DNA of 64,000 bases from Octopus sinensis (GCF_006345805.1 NC_042998.1:101742001-101806000); one strand, 5' to 3'. Counted from the first letter of the stretch, positions 41,201 through 56,300 are shown. Translations and numbers: made by a program. Notes: a model not told the origin generated them from the letters alone.

Positions 41201-42399
41201 GACTACAAAGGATTTTTGTTTTATTTGGAGTTAAATGGGTTCATGCTATCTCCACTAAGATAATCCCCCCTTACTCCTCTGCCTTTTTGCAATCATTCGT
41301 GTTGTGTTCAAGTACCGCACTAATCTTTACGACTGGCTCGTTCCCTATCGTCGACTTGCTGGTATTCTCCCTCTGCTGACACCTTTCCCTGATTTTTTAA
41401 CTTACAGAAATACTACAGGAACATTAATTACTTCAATCGCACTGGTTTTAATAGAGGATTCCTGCACTTCCTCCAGGCCCAGATAAAAAAGAAAAGAAAC
41501 TTAAATGCTTACACACACAAATACTCCACACACACATATCAGTTAAATATTTATGTAGATTTGGCGCAGAGAACATATTGTATCTTAATAACGTATTCGC
41601 TATAAATGCAACAATGCATTCCTCTGCATGAATTTAAAAACATTTGCTGGGAGAAAAATGTGCTTCACAGAGTTGCATATATTAAGTAAAATTGAATTGA
41701 AAGTTTTTCAGATTTGCAACCTTTATCCTTAAGGCTATTTCAATTAAGGCAGAAACGATAAAATTGTGCGTACAGGAAATGTATGATAAAGTTGCTTTAA
41801 ATTATTCTTATTCTGAAATGTTTCAGTCATGTATTTAAAAGGTTAAGAAGTGTATTTTAAGCTTCTGTGAAATGAAATTGTACGCGGATTTTTTTTTCTT
41901 CTAATATATCTAAACCAAAAGTTAGATGTAATTAACCTAAATTGCAAGTCTGAAAGTTAGATTAAGATGTTCTTTTATTTTCAGTTAGATGTGCCTTTAA
42001 AGAAAATCAATTTTGATGTTGATAAATAAAGAAAATTATGATTTTTCTTGGGGCAATCACATATTCTGAAGTCCACAAGTAATGTAAGACGCAAATCCCT
42101 ACTGTTTGCTTAACTTCAAAACGATATGTCATTAGTAACAGAAATATGGTTTTACTTGCATGAAGGAATGACTGGTTGATGTACAACTAACATAAGCACG
42201 ATTAGAAAATTGAAATTCTTAGTTGTTCGAGAAAGAAAGAAAAACGTAGATAAAATTTAAGTCACCAAGAGTGTTTTTAAGAGAATCGTGATGAAAAGTT
42301 TGAAAGAGACGTTGGTGTTGCATGTAAAATAATGTAAAAGAACGTTTCTGCTAAGCAAGAACAACATTAAGGATCTTATTTTCATTTGTGGGCAAGTAT

Positions 42400-42800
42400 A
42401 GTAATAGTGATTTAAACCGATATCAACTCATTCTCTGGATTGATGTACCAAGATTCAATCTTTGTTAAGATGATGTGCCAAGACGTTCCATTTAAATAAC
42501 TAGAGATTTCACCCTAATTGTTTTTAATCGCTTTGAAGTGTAAAGTAAATGACATCATGACTGTAAATACATTTTCATTTGCTGATGATGGTGAGCTTAA
42601 AAGATGCGTTCAGTCAATTAATATCAGCTAAATCTGATGCAAATACGATTCCTTCCGAGATTGAAAAAATAATTCTTGGAAAAAATAGCAAAACAGAAGG
42701 AAAGAAGGAATTGATGTCTTAGTGTCTGGTTTTTGCAATAGCAAAAAAGGCAAAGTAATATTTGGAGAAAACCATCCAGGAAATTATGTTCTTGGTGAGA
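42400..42800 (+). pseudogene. Highly decayed CR1/L2-type RT fragment
   Basis: VNDIMTVNTFSFADD and KGKVIFG resemble IND..FADD and KCKVMHFG. Confidence 0.4.
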
Positions 42801-43334
42801 ATTCAAATCTGAATCCCATAGAGAATATTAGGCCATATATGGGAATTAAATAAATTGAGAGAGAATTTGCAAACTCTGTACACATTGGGTAATCGTAAAA
42901 CACGAACGGAACTATTTTGAATATTTTGTGAGCAACATTATCATGACAATTCATTTAGAAAAAAACTGGCTCACTTAAATTAAAAGTTATACTAGCCAAT
43001 ATCAATTGTAGCAATATTTCTGTAGGTTATTTATTTTATTGATATGCCATAATCATTTCCAAATTGAGTATCAGACAACCAGTTACGAAAGCCAGTAGTT
43101 ATAAATCAATATCAACGAGTACTTAGACTAGTACTATATTTTACGGACGGTGGAAAGATGAAAATCAAAGCTGATGATAGTGGAAATTGTACTCGCAATG
43201 TAGGAGGCTTGAAGAAATACCGCAATGTATTTTACCGACACAAAATATTCTGCAGACTCAGTGCTTTATTAATCCATAATCATTTACATTATTTACCTTT
43301 GACCGATATTTATACTCATCTTGTTTTTTGCAAA

Positions 43335-43500
43335 CACAAAGTTTCGGCTGATAACCCAGGTTCCAAATTTCCCCAAGACACCTGTTGAAGGGTGGAGGGT
43401 ATCTCACCCGAAGCGTTGTGTAAGCAACAAACACAATGAGGACACATATCCGTCAAATGTAAATGAACATAATTCCTCATCTCTTAAATATACAACTATA
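43335..43500 (+). mobile_element. Penelope pLTR remnant with hammerhead-like motif (43378-43421)
   Basis: acac-CTGTTGA-A-GGGTG gagggtatct CACCC-GAAGC-GTT-gtgt. Confidence 0.6.
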
Positions 43501-43653
43501 CATAATCATCGTTAAAAAAATTTAGAGCTAACCCATTAGAAAAAAAAATTCCTCAAGCAAATATCATTATAATGTATATATAATACGCTACGTGCTTTTC
43601 TCTCTCTGTCTCTGTTTCTGACTGTTTGTCTGTATATATATATATACACATAC

Positions 43654-43706
<53 letters not shown>

Positions 43707-43725
43707 CATATATATATACATATAT

Positions 43726-43830
<105 letters not shown>

Positions 43831-44903
43831 CAAACACTATATGAGAAAGATTTTCTTTAAGTATTAGAAATAGTTTAAAAAAAATTTTTTTAGCTGCTAT
43901 TTCTAATGAGTTCAGTATGTGGCAAAGTAATTTATTTTACTAAGCCTTTTTATATAATGTAATAATTTGAATTCGCCTTAAATGGTCCCTTTACATACTG
44001 AATACTTGGTAAAATTGATTAATAATTAGTTAATTTTACCCTCAATTGTTGAAATTATATATATATACATATATAATATATATATATAGATGTTTATATA
44101 TGCATATAACACGGATGATAATATTTCCAACCGAGACGTTATAACCGTATCTGATTGTCAAATGCCTCAATCCTATGCAGGTATGTGCTTTGAAATCTGA
44201 ATGCCTAAAGCGTTGTTGAGCTTATTGGTAATTTAATAGCATATAAACATTACAATATAAACTTTCGTTTATTTCTTTACGCAGAAATCTGCAGCGTAAG
44301 CAGTTTCCTCACACTTCTTGGGCCTGATCTCTAACATTGCACATGTTGAAAAGTAAATTTCTGATGGATCTTTATAAGCCTCATGGGAATTGCTTGCTTT
44401 ATGATCTCTTGCCAGTTTTGAGATATTTTTAGCTTTGTGGCTGTGCTCTAATATGTATGTTTGAAATTTTGAGATGTGCCATTAATAGCATTCAGATCAT
44501 ATTTTTTCTCACACATCATCTTTTACATTGTATAATCACATCTTTACTCATCATTTATTAATGCCTACATTGAATAGTTATTCATTTATTCGATTCATTA
44601 ACGTGATATTTTTAAAATTCAGCATATGCGATTTTTTCTCAACGAGACAGGTTCAGACAGTTTCGAGATGTTGTTTTCATAGAATGCATAAATCGCCAAA
44701 AATTATAATAGGAGCACCTGCTTGAGTACGAGTTTATGAACATTAAATTCTGTCTAAGTAATATGTTTAAAGTTAACACAAAGATTATAAAGATCTATAT
44801 CTAAAAAAAAATATGGAAACAACAATTTTATACGCACGCACACACACGCACACACACACACATACACCACACACACACACACAAATATATATATATATAT
44901 ATA

Positions 44904-44933
44904 CTAGCATTAAAGACCCGTCGTTGCCGGGTC
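44904..44933 (-). mobile_element. Helitron 3' terminus (GC hairpin plus CTAG)
   Basis: Minus gacccg gcaacga cgggtc tttaatg CTAG t. Confidence 0.65.
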
Positions 44934-45074
44934 ATAGTGGTAGTGCATGTATATATGTGTGTACATATTACATGTACATATATATATATACATCTACACA
45001 TAAAATGCAAAATACAAAGTTATATCTTGATACGGCTAGTGATAACAATATTCAAAATATATAAGAGACTGGAA

Positions 45075-47520
45075 TGGTTTTATTATTACCCACAAGGGGC
45101 GAACATAGATGGCACAATCTGATGTGGGGTCAGATACATGAATGGGGTTACACAAAGATGAGTTTAAAAATTCAATAAAATACAAATATAAATCGAATGG
45201 AGAACAGACCGGAAGACATTACGGATGGAGTGGGAGCGGGTTTAGCTCGGACCCCACGAGCCCCGCCTCCCCACTGATAGTTTGGTTTCATCTAGTTTTA
45301 CACTTATGTGGTATCATCCACTCGCAACTTTCGTGCTACATCCTTCCATCGTTCTTCATACACTCTCTTAGTCAGGCATTTTCTCTCCAGCCCTATCTTC
45401 CTTTTTAGGTGAAAGGTGAAGTAATTCATTATTCCATGGCCGGAGATGAACTTGCCTGACCGTAAACCTTTCATTCTAGTCTTCCAAATCACCTCTTTCG
45501 CAATTGCTACTACAACGAGAAATCAATTCTTACCTTCTTTCGCGAGGAAATCTGGTGGGTCAATTTTTATAATAGACTCAGTCGACAGCTGTACTCTTCG
45601 TGTGCTGTTCGGCATAAACCCACACCTCAGACACGACCGAACAATTAACAATAGCATGCGGGACGGTTTCCCTATCCCGCTCGCATCTTGGACATAACGG
45701 ACTGTCTTGGCCACCGTGCCTTGCGAGTTTATCCCGAACAGGTAGAGCTCCTCTGTAGCATTGCCATGCCAGAGACATCTGGAAGTTGTCCAGGGTCTTC
45801 GGCTCGAACGTACGTCGGAACAGACTGGCCAGCTGATTATCGTCGAGACCTAGGGTTTCCTCCAAGGTATCTTCACATTCCGCCTCTACCAACCCTCTAT
45901 AGAAGAATGTGGTGGAGCCCCCACCGCAGGCGTTGCCCGAGCGACGGAATAGCAGGAGAGCCTTGCGACACTCCGTGTCCAATGTGCCCAGTTTCGATCT
46001 ACGATTCAGCCAGGTTTCCCATCCACCGAAACTAGTGAACTTGGGAAACATCAGTTTTGCTAACGGAGACCACACCCGTTCACCATCCAGGTAGAGCCAC
46101 AGATGTCTTAACCTCAGCGCATGTCTGCGCATCATCAGCCAAAGCTTCCCTAGCCCACCCTTTAACGGTTGTTGACATCAAGTAGAGCGTTTCACAAGTG
46201 TTTTCCCGCCCTTCCACAAGAAGTAGAAGAGCTGTCTTTCCAACTTGTTCAACCACGAATCAGGGCAAGGAACGACCGAAAGGCGGTAGGTGATAACCGA
46301 TGCGATAAACACATTGGCTACCTCCGCCCCCCTTTCAGGGATAGCCACCGCCAAGACCAGGTCTTGGCTACTGCAGCCACCCTGCTCGATACCTCGCCCC
46401 AATTCTTTTCTATTTGGTCTGGACCGAACCGAACCACTAGCAACTATCAGGAGGCATCGACTTGCCTCTCCAGGTGCCGAGTTGCAAGCCGACTGACTTT
46501 TAACGATTAATCTTTGCTCCTGTCACCGTCTCGTAAACCTCTATGGCCTTGCCTACCCTCTATAGGTGATCCATTTCGGTTACGATGATGGTGATGTCAT
46601 CCGCGTACGCTGACACCGATTTTCCACAACCTGGCTGTCTCGGGATGCCGCTCAGTTTTCGAAGTAATGGTTCAAGAGCCACCACGTACAAAAGCGGGGA
46701 GAGCGGACACCCTTGATGAACCGAGCGCTTGATGTTGAACGGCTTCGACAAGAAGCCGTTCACCCGAACTACCGTGTCGATGTTATCGTAAATTTGGATA
46801 ATCCACCTGAGGAAGTCAAGGCCCAGCCCGAACTGTGCCAGGGCAGACACCAGGTAGCGATGGTCGACCCTATCGAATGCTTTAGATTGGTCTAAATGGA
46901 CCAGTGCCCCACCCTTGCCAGAATCACTCTTAAATCCCTCTATAGTGTACCGCATAAGATGGAGATTATCCTGAATGGTTCTGCCGGGAACAGCACATGT
47001 CTGTGCCTCCCCGATCAAACCATCCGCGACACGCGCCAATCTTTTCGATAACACTTTGGCCAAAATCTTCAACTCTGTGTTTAGCAGAGTGATGGGCCTG
47101 AAATTATCAATGCACTCCCCCTTGCTCGGGTCCTTTCTAACGAGTGTCACTACTTCCTGGCGCACAGATCTGGGTATGAACCCGTTCTGCTGCCAGTTCG
47201 CATAGACCTCCGCCAGTAGGTGCCCGAAAAAGTCTGGCATACACTTATATAACTCATAGGGTAGACCATCTAAACCGGGCGCCTTGCTCGCGCCGCAGTC
47301 GTCCGCCATCGCCTCAACCACCTCCCCAGGCGTGATTGGCCCTTCACAGCCCTCCGCATCTCGCCCCGATAAGCGCGGCAGCCCGTCGAGGAGGTCCGTA
47401 AAGGCCCTCCTCCTATCCAGTCCGCCGCCCCACCGAAAAGCTGATCGAAGTGCTCCTGAAAGGCCTCACACATCTCCTCGGGCTCGTTTATCAACTCACC
47501 TTGTTGGTTCGTCATAGATC
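45075..47520 (-). mobile_element. 5'-truncated Tx1/L1-clade LINE (RT plus zinc finger), frameshifted
   Basis: KAPGLDGLP, FRPITLLN, LDQSKAFDRVDH, QGCPLSPLLY, YADD; CPRC..HAIVNC; 3' UTR ending in aataataaa. Confidence 0.93.
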
Positions 47521-47795
47521 GAATCTATTCTCGAGATTTCAGTTGGTTCAACATTTTCTCTTCCAAGATTTGTGCTCTGCTTCTTAGACCACTGACTTTA
47601 CCAGATAAAATTCCTAATTTGTGAACTAAGTCTCCTCCCTAGGAATCTAACTTGCGTCTTACCTGGCCATTACATGTCTCTAAAGGCATGTTATAGAAAA
47701 TCTTCCTGAGTGTCAAGAGTACATATGAGCGTTTATAAAAATATTCCTACCGATCTATAAGCAAGCATAGATACGTACATATTTTTAAGGAAAAC

Positions 47796-47862
<67 letters not shown>

Positions 47863-47879
47863 TATATATATATAAAGAC

Positions 47880-48890
47880 ATAGTACTAGTTAGCTTTGAC
47901 GTAACTAGTCTCTTCAAAATTACCCATCATATATATGGACGAGAAGCAGTATAATTCCCTGATAAACAAACAACAAGAATTCAGGAGAGATTATCAAAAG
48001 AATTTATACTTGAAAGTTTACAGGTAGAACTAGAAAACAACTATTTTGTCTTTGGCTATCAATACAAATACAAGGCAATGCGATGGGGACGAATGTAGAA
48101 CCAACATTTACCACACTAGTAATGGGATACCTTGAAGACAAAAAAATCTACACCCTATCCAGAGTTATTTTTCACCAGTACCTTCTAACCTACTTTATCG
48201 GAAACTTGAAAACATTCTTAGATGAATGCTTCATACTTTGGAACCGAAATAAGTGAGACATTATAAAATTTCTTAAATTAATAAATTACATTCATCAATC
48301 CAATTAGCTATGAAAATGAATGACAAGGAACTCCCCGTTTTGGATATCCCGACAGTTAAAGAAAATGAGACAGTTACTGCAGACCGCTACTACACCAGCA
48401 CAGACACACACCAATATTTAGATTTTAGATCTTACCACACTTCCTACACAAAAAGGAACATACGATTTAATATGGCAAGGTGCATATGCTCAATAGTCAC
48501 TGTTAGAAGAGAAACATAACTTAACATATTCCGTAGAAACAAAAATATCTCAACTAATTATGTCAACATGCCATGACAAAAGCAAAGGAAATCCCAATCT
48601 CTGCCTTGCAGAGAAACACTCAGGGTAGGTGCGAAAATAAAAATACAACTACAAATATTGCATTTGTAGTTACCCACAATACTTGGAACCACAACAAAAA
48701 CGATGGAAATGTACAACTACGAAAAGCAAAAGAAGAATATTTTATAAGAATTCTAAATCCGAAATTAACCGAAAATAGCCAACATTCCATTAATAAACAA
48801 TGGGAAAAGGATTTCTCAGACAAAATCCAGAAGTCCGAATATAAAACGGAAATAATACTACCTCTACCACAAAGCGAACAACTTCCTTTT
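47880..48890 (+). mobile_element. Penelope-like element RT and GIY-YIG C-terminal relic
   Basis: LVSFDVTSLF, LENNYF, LPVLDI, TDTHQYLDFRSYH, LRKAKEEYFIRILNPKL. Confidence 0.85.
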
Positions 48891-49045
48891 TAAGAGCACG
48901 GTTTAACAAAAGCGCTCACACACTAGAAAAAAGCTTCTTTACAAAATAGATTAGTAAGATTCTCATTTTCATAAAATTGACAGAAAATCTTTGTAAAATA
49001 ACCAATTAACACTTCAAAATCTGTATTAAGTAAACCTCATAGACG

Positions 49046-49131
<86 letters not shown>

Positions 49132-49257
49132 AGAGAGAGAAAGAGAGATATTTGCATCAATTCTATATATATTATATATTATGAAATATTATATATTGTG
49201 AAATTTGATTTAGTATTACTGAATTGAAATTTTGCCTGTAAGTTTGGAATCATATTC

Positions 49258-49259
49258 CC

Positions 49260-49351
<92 letters not shown>

Positions 49352-49411
49352 TACTACTACTACTACTACTACTACTATTATTATTATTATTTTTATTATT
49401 ATTATTATTAT
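49258..49411. repeat. (TTA)n/(CTA)n array at the 3' end of the R4-clade element
   Basis: Direct sequence. Confidence 0.97.
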
Positions 49412-52400
49412 ATGTTTGACTTTTGCTTTATATTTGTACAAGTTGGCGCCAAGTTTCACCCAGAGACCTCAAGAGACAACAATTTGGAAGTTTATGTTGG
49501 TGTTATACCTAGGGTGCCATATATTTGGTTTTGTACTTAGTGTTCAACTAGTGAATGTGTAAAAAAACATACGAAAATTATGTTTCTTTTAAAACTTGAG
49601 ATTACATAGAAAGTATTTTGCGTAGGACATGAGTAATTCCCACGAGCCCTATGTTTTGAATTTCTGCCATTTTGGGGTTTCCTGGTATCTGAGTTAGGTA
49701 GCAATCAGCCCCTGTTGCTATCATTCCTAGGGCACCTAAGACAACATGTATTGTTTTAGTCTTTTGGTTCCACATTTTGCTGATTTCTATTTCAAGATCT
49801 TTATATTTGCTCAGTTTTTGGTAGGTCTTGACAGATACGTTTATATCGATTGGGACAGTGATATCAATGAGGAGGCATGTTTTTTTGTCTGAAATCTTTC
49901 AATATGATGTCTGGCCTATTCGCATCTATCATTCTGTCAGTTTGAATGGTGAAGTTCCAGAGGAGTGAGATGTGATCATTTTCAAGCACTGGAGGTGGTT
50001 TGTGTTCCCACCAGTTTTTATCGTGGGGCAACTCCAGGTTTTTGCAAATTACCCAGTGAATATATTGTGCAGCTCTATCATGCCTGTTGAGATACTCTGT
50101 AGGCGCAAGAAGACTACTCTTGGAGACAACATGATCATTGGTTGTTGACATACACGACATGTTGGACTACTGCCGTTCTTTAATATGTTGACCCGGTATT
50201 TTGCCATTGAGAGGTTTTTCTTGCCATTTATCAATCAGAATATATAAAGCAGCAGTTTTAGCACGGGTTTTCATGCGCTTAGCTTTTTCTGTGCTTGTTT
50301 CTTGTATGTCTAATTCCGAAATTTGGTGTATTCGGAATTCACTTAGATATTCGTTTGCCTGTTTTGTTATTGAGTATGCTTTCTTGGTTTCATGTTTTGA
50401 GACAAGTTTTAACATCCACTCCTCAGAGTTGTTCAGGTAGGTGTCTGGGCCAATTGTAGCAATCTCCATTGTTATTGCCAGTTGTAAAAGTCCACGGCCT
50501 CCCTCTTTTCTTGGCAGATAAACTCGTTCTATATCCGCCTTAGGGTGGTGCATCCTATGCATTGGCAACAGTTTTCGTATTTTTCTGTCAAGATTACATA
50601 TTTCAGTAATTGACCAGTTAACGATATTGAAACTGTAAGTCACGACTGGTATGGCTAAAGCATTGATCGCTTCGATCCTGTTTCTCGCATTCAGCTCTGT
50701 CTTGAGTATTGCTCTTACTATGCGATAATATTCTCTCCTGATCCTTTCCTTCATCACTAAATGCCTTATTCCGTCCCATTCAATTACCCCTAGGTACTTG
50801 TAGCTCTCCACTGAGTCTAACTCTTTTATGACATTCTGCTAGTCAAGGTTAACGTTAGATGTTTCTGTCATTTTTCCTTTGATAAATGAAGCTTTTGCAC
50901 ATTTATCGAGGCCAAATTGCATTCTGATGTCATCACTGAATTGTTTAACAATCTCTAGTAAACCCTTGAATTGTTGGTCATTTTTTGCAAAGAGCTTTAA
51001 CTCATGCATGTAAATGAGATGATTTATATTTTTATCAAGCATTTTATATCTGTACTATGCGTCATTGAGCAATTTTTGGAGAGGTATTAAGGCTAATCAA
51101 AAGGTGATAGTGAGTCGCCCTGGAATATGCTACATTAAAGTTTTACATCACCAGCATTTAGAGATCTATCGTCACTGTTCAAAGTTAGTGTGGTTCTCCA
51201 TGATCTCATACTTACTGACAAACAGTTTCGCAGATTAGGCGCTGTTTTATACATTTCCAGGCATTTCTTAATCGAGCTATGTGATAGGCTATCAAAAGCC
51301 TTTTTATAGTCTATTCAAGCTATTGACAAGTTTTTGTGTTGTTTGTGACAATCTTCTAAGATCATCTTATTGATGAGTAGCTGATCTTTACAACTATAGG
51401 ATCCATGTTTACATCCTTTCCGTTCATTAGGGAAAATGCTGCTGTCTATTAAAAAACTATAGGTATATTCAGTCAGGACAGATGTTAGCGTTTTATACAT
51501 AGTTGTTAAGCAGGTTATGGGTCTATAGTTTTTTGCTCATTTGTATTTCACGTTTTGGAAGCAGGAATGTTAAACCATTAACTAGCCAAGGATGTATCCT
51601 ATTAGGTGATGCAAAACATCATTGTAAAGTTCTGTTAGCAGTTCATGGCTCTCTGGGAAGGCATTCAACTATACGTTAGGAATTTTATCCTTTCCTGGAG
51701 ACTTCCATTTGCTTGACCTCCTGAGAGCAGATCTTATATCTTCTACCTTGAAACCCTTCCACTTTTGCTCCTCTAAGGAGTCCATGTCTGTAGATATTCT
51801 ATCAATCCAGGGGGGCTTTTCGCTGTGTGTTTTTCTTCTGCCCAAATTTTATTCCAAAATCCCTGCACTTCTTCTTTTGATGGGAAAGACTTTACAGTAA
51901 CTGGTGTTTTCCATATCTTCCTGTAAATATTTTTGAGGTCATTTTTGAACATGTTGTTGTCCTTGAAGAATCTAACACGCTTTTCATACCTCGCTATGCG
52001 GGTAGCTTTAGCAGATACCTTTTGCTTGATGGTTTCTATGGTGGTATCAATATCAAGTATAGTTTTCATATTATATTTTCTCTTTAATTTTGGGTTTTTC
52101 TGTAGGTTTGGTAGTTTGTCAACCTTAAGGTTTTTCAAACATTCAGTATCAGACATAAGTAGTTTAATTTGTTGTTGGATACACTCTTTCCAAGAAGGCT
52201 TTTGTGGGAATGTTACCGTTTTCTAATCTTTTCACGACATAGAATCGTGAGATTTTCGCGAATGCATAGTACAGGTGGTTGAGATCTGTGATATCAACAT
52301 CATTAGCTGAAATTATATAGACAAGGCGAATTTTACCAATTATTTTCATGTTTTGGTTAGAGTTGTGGATTTTTGGGAGGGTATAATTTTCAGCCATTCA

Positions 52401-52681
52401 ATCATGATTTGATTTTTTAGCTCATGTAGTTCTGTTGGGTCAATATTTGTGTGACTTTCTTCATCTATTTGATGTTCATCTGTCTTAGTGTTTATGATTG
52501 GTCGAGGGAGTATTTCACTTTGCCTATCGATTATACTAACTCTTTCAATCCTTACTGCGTTTTTATCAGCCCTGGGCTGGTCTATAATCATTTCCTCTGT
52601 ATTATCTTCTTTAGCTGCAGCTTGGTTCTTTTTATATTATTTAATTTGGTCAATCTCTCCTTGAGTCAGTAATTTTTTTAA

Positions 52682-52690
<9 letters not shown>
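49412..52690 (-). mobile_element. R4/Dong-clade non-LTR retrotransposon (RT, CCHC, restriction-like endonuclease), decayed
   Basis: YKYLGV, LNARNRIEAINALAIPV, RVYLPRKEGGRGL, CRVC..HVVS, RHD, WNFTIQTD..ANRPDI. Confidence 0.9.
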
Positions 52691-52858
<168 letters not shown>

Positions 52859-53300
52859 CTTGTGTATAATTTACATTGTGAAATAGATTTGTAAGACAAA
52901 ATATTATCTAATAGGTAGGAATGTTATTTGTTATGTAGTATTCGTTTAAGTAAATACTTTTAATATTAATTGATAATTTTGTTAATTCTATAAGTGACTG
53001 TAATATTAAATTTATAGATGAATTAATTGTATAGTAAGTTTAACTAATTTGTGTGTATATATTTGAACCATTTTATAAATGCTGGCTTAACTAACCGTCT
53101 CCGCATGCAACTTGTAATCGGCTTTGTAAAACAACTTGAGAACTGAAATTACACATGCACAGCCATCAAAATAAATTCACTTCTTTCTACATATTAAAAT
53201 GTAAATAATGTAAACAAATTAACAATATTGTAGGATTTTTTTCTGTGGATAGTGTTTTAGTGTGTGTGTCGTTGTGAGCTTGCACCTTGTCATTTTCCAG

Positions 53301-53372
53301 AGCAGCGGCTCATTTACTTCAGGTTCTCTTGACTTGCTAGTGTTCTTACTGAACACTCATACATTGCTTTAG
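53301..53372 (+). other. Candidate 72-nt exon (non-coding or stop-containing)
   Basis: Acceptor cattttccag, donor AG|GTAAGA; next acceptor ttcttgtttttttag at 53489. Confidence 0.25.
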
Positions 53373-56300
53373 GTAAGAGATATAATTATATATATATTCA
53401 ATGCCTGAACAAAATGTAGACTGCCAATAATTTGTTTTTAAGTAATTAATCCAAAACGTACTGAATCCGTGTGGTTCTTGTTTTTTTAGGTATGTGTTCG
53501 TATAAATGAAATTGCCGTGTCTCATTCACTGCCTTTCCGATTTAGGATACATTAAGCATGTCAATAACTCAATTGGAAGATCCTTTACTAAAATTAAAGT
53601 ATCACTGGCCAAAACATTCTTTAAGTAAGTATTATTCGAAGAAACATGAAGTTTTGTGAAGTAATGTCAATCACCAATTGAACGCAGATGTGTATCTATC
53701 TATTAATTGCCATAAATGTGGTCGAAGACACTAACGCAATATGCCTTTAGTAATCAAAGTATCATAAGTGTGGAAGCTAGATCACATTGTCAAATTTTTC
53801 CCGCCAGTTACTACCTGCAATATCAGTGGAGCTTTATATGTAGACAGTAATATCTATACACCCAATGCCAACCAATTATACCTGAATAACATTAACGATA
53901 TCTTCACTAAGCTGAATGATACCACAATTGGAATAAAATTAAATCATAGTACATCTATTTCATCTATTCGGTATTACATTATTGATAAGATAGTTTTAAT
54001 ACGAAGTCATCAGGTATATACTTTAACAACTTTGTCGGTTGAGCATTGAAGGAGCGGGTTGCTATAATTGATCACGCTTCATACAATAATGCTATGAAGC
54101 AAGAATTTGTGTATGTAGATTCTTCATATGGCTTCGAATTAATTGGAAGGAGCATTTAGAGGATAGGAATGGTCTGCTTTAATTCTTAACGATAGATTAT
54201 TAAATTTTATGTAACTAGCCATACGTGTAAAATTCCTGAGAACAACATGTTTCTTGTACTACATCTTTTCATTTTGAAGCAGAACACAAATATTTTTGAA
54301 ACCCTGGAAATCTTGGTGTAATACTACCATTGTATACTTCGTCCGTGAAGTGGATTAAAAGAAGGATGACTAATTTAGAATGTATGCAATTACGAATTTC
54401 ACCTAAAAGCTTACGTGCAACCATTTCCATGAATCGTTTGTAGCTTCTGAAATGAAGGGAGGAAAAGTTCGTAGCTACAATATTCCTAAAATGTTTTTGT
54501 TAGTAAATTCTGATGTCCAGAGGAGCAAACCATTTTGTAATATCTTTACATCTGACGATATATACCCAGTACATAATTTGCGGACGGTTCTTAAAAATTC
54601 TAGCGACAGAGTTGAATATAGCTTGGAGAATATTTTGAAAGGCAATAAAGATGTTTGAAAGCTTTGATACTTTTATTATTTGTGAATTTGGCAAAAGAAT
54701 GAATATGCAGAAAGTGTCGTTCTTTCATAAATATCGTGCTTACAATCCTATTCTCTGTAAACAAAACAAAACAAAAATCATTATGTTAGTCATCCCTTCA
54801 TTTTGTGAATGAACGCATCAGCAAGAAGTATTGCACCATGGATATTATTATTGCAGAAAGTAAATTCACTGAAAAAGATAGAAAAAAAAGTAAGCGTGCA
54901 ATGAAGTCGAGAACATACCATTCATTGGAGTTTTTTGGCGATTTATTACAAGTACTTCAAGCAATATCAGAACATTTGCAAAATGTATTATCAACAAAAA
55001 GTATTTCTCTTTGTACTGAAAATGATATTAACTATCATAAAATCAAACCGTTTATTTTAAGACTATTCAGTGTGAATATTTCCAGAGTAAATACACAATT
55101 CTCACTCGGACGACATTTAGTGAAGAAAGCATGGTGATATATGTGGTGGCCTGGCATATTATGTTAAAAATGTTGATTATCAACTACGCTATATATCATA
55201 TACACTATGTAAATACACACACACACACACACACACTCATGTCAATACACGTGATTGTATGTCAATACACACACGAATATGTACGTATGTATTCATGTAT
55301 AATTTCAATGGAGGCAATACCAGCGGTATTGTATATACGTATGCATGAATGGAAAAATGAACACATACGTACACACAAGCACACACAAGTATATGCAGCA
55401 TATTCAAGCATAGCATATTCTGTGAAAGTGATGAACTTTTAGGTCTGGACCTCTCTTTGGACATACGCTCATATATAAAATAAAGTTCTATATGTACAAA
55501 CATACATACTTTTAAACATTTGTATTAATGGCCACAAATATATCTATACATATTGGCAAAATATATGCGTAGATCGGCGAATATATGTATGTACACGCAG
55601 AAAAGCACATATACGTACATATACACGTACAAATACAGATTCATTAATATAATCGTACTCTAGTGATATAGAATTATTACTAGGCTATAGCATTAGTCAG
55701 ACAATTACGTTCTTATACTGGCATGCAGCAAACCGAAGAAAAGACTTTAATATAGATTTTATTTCAGGCGGCTTTATTGTTGGTATCCAATGCAAAGAAT
55801 AATATAGTATGGAATTGCATTACTATTTGTTATATGTCTTTTTCTGAATGTATAGTCCTTATAGCAAATGTCGTTGTTAATCATGATGATTAGCAAGATA
55901 ATGGAGTAAATGACGTATACTGCAGTTTTGTATATTTACGGACAATAAAACAGCGAGCTGTCAGACAGTCGAAAAGTGCTTAGCATATTTGTTTTGATTC
56001 ATTAAACCTTTCATTCTTTTGGAGTCGATGGATTTCAGTATCTGTCTAAGAAACGGGGGGCGCATCGAATAACACCATAGGTTAAAATCTCTGGCCGTGG
56101 TGCTTAAATGGGAAACCATGTACTCAACGGGCAATTAGTCTAACAGTTGAAAAATTCATCAATCTTTGCGCTCAAGTTTGAGACCTGGAATTGGCAGAAT
56201 CTCTAGAACCTTGGACAAAATTACTTATATTGTTCCGACTGTTTGCGTTCTGAATCAAAATCCTGTCAAGTTCAACGTCGACCTTTATCCAACCAGGATC

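Noticed and set aside
54452-55137. 68-aa and 110-aa protein-like ORFs
   Set aside because: No motifs or convincing splice context; plausible by chance
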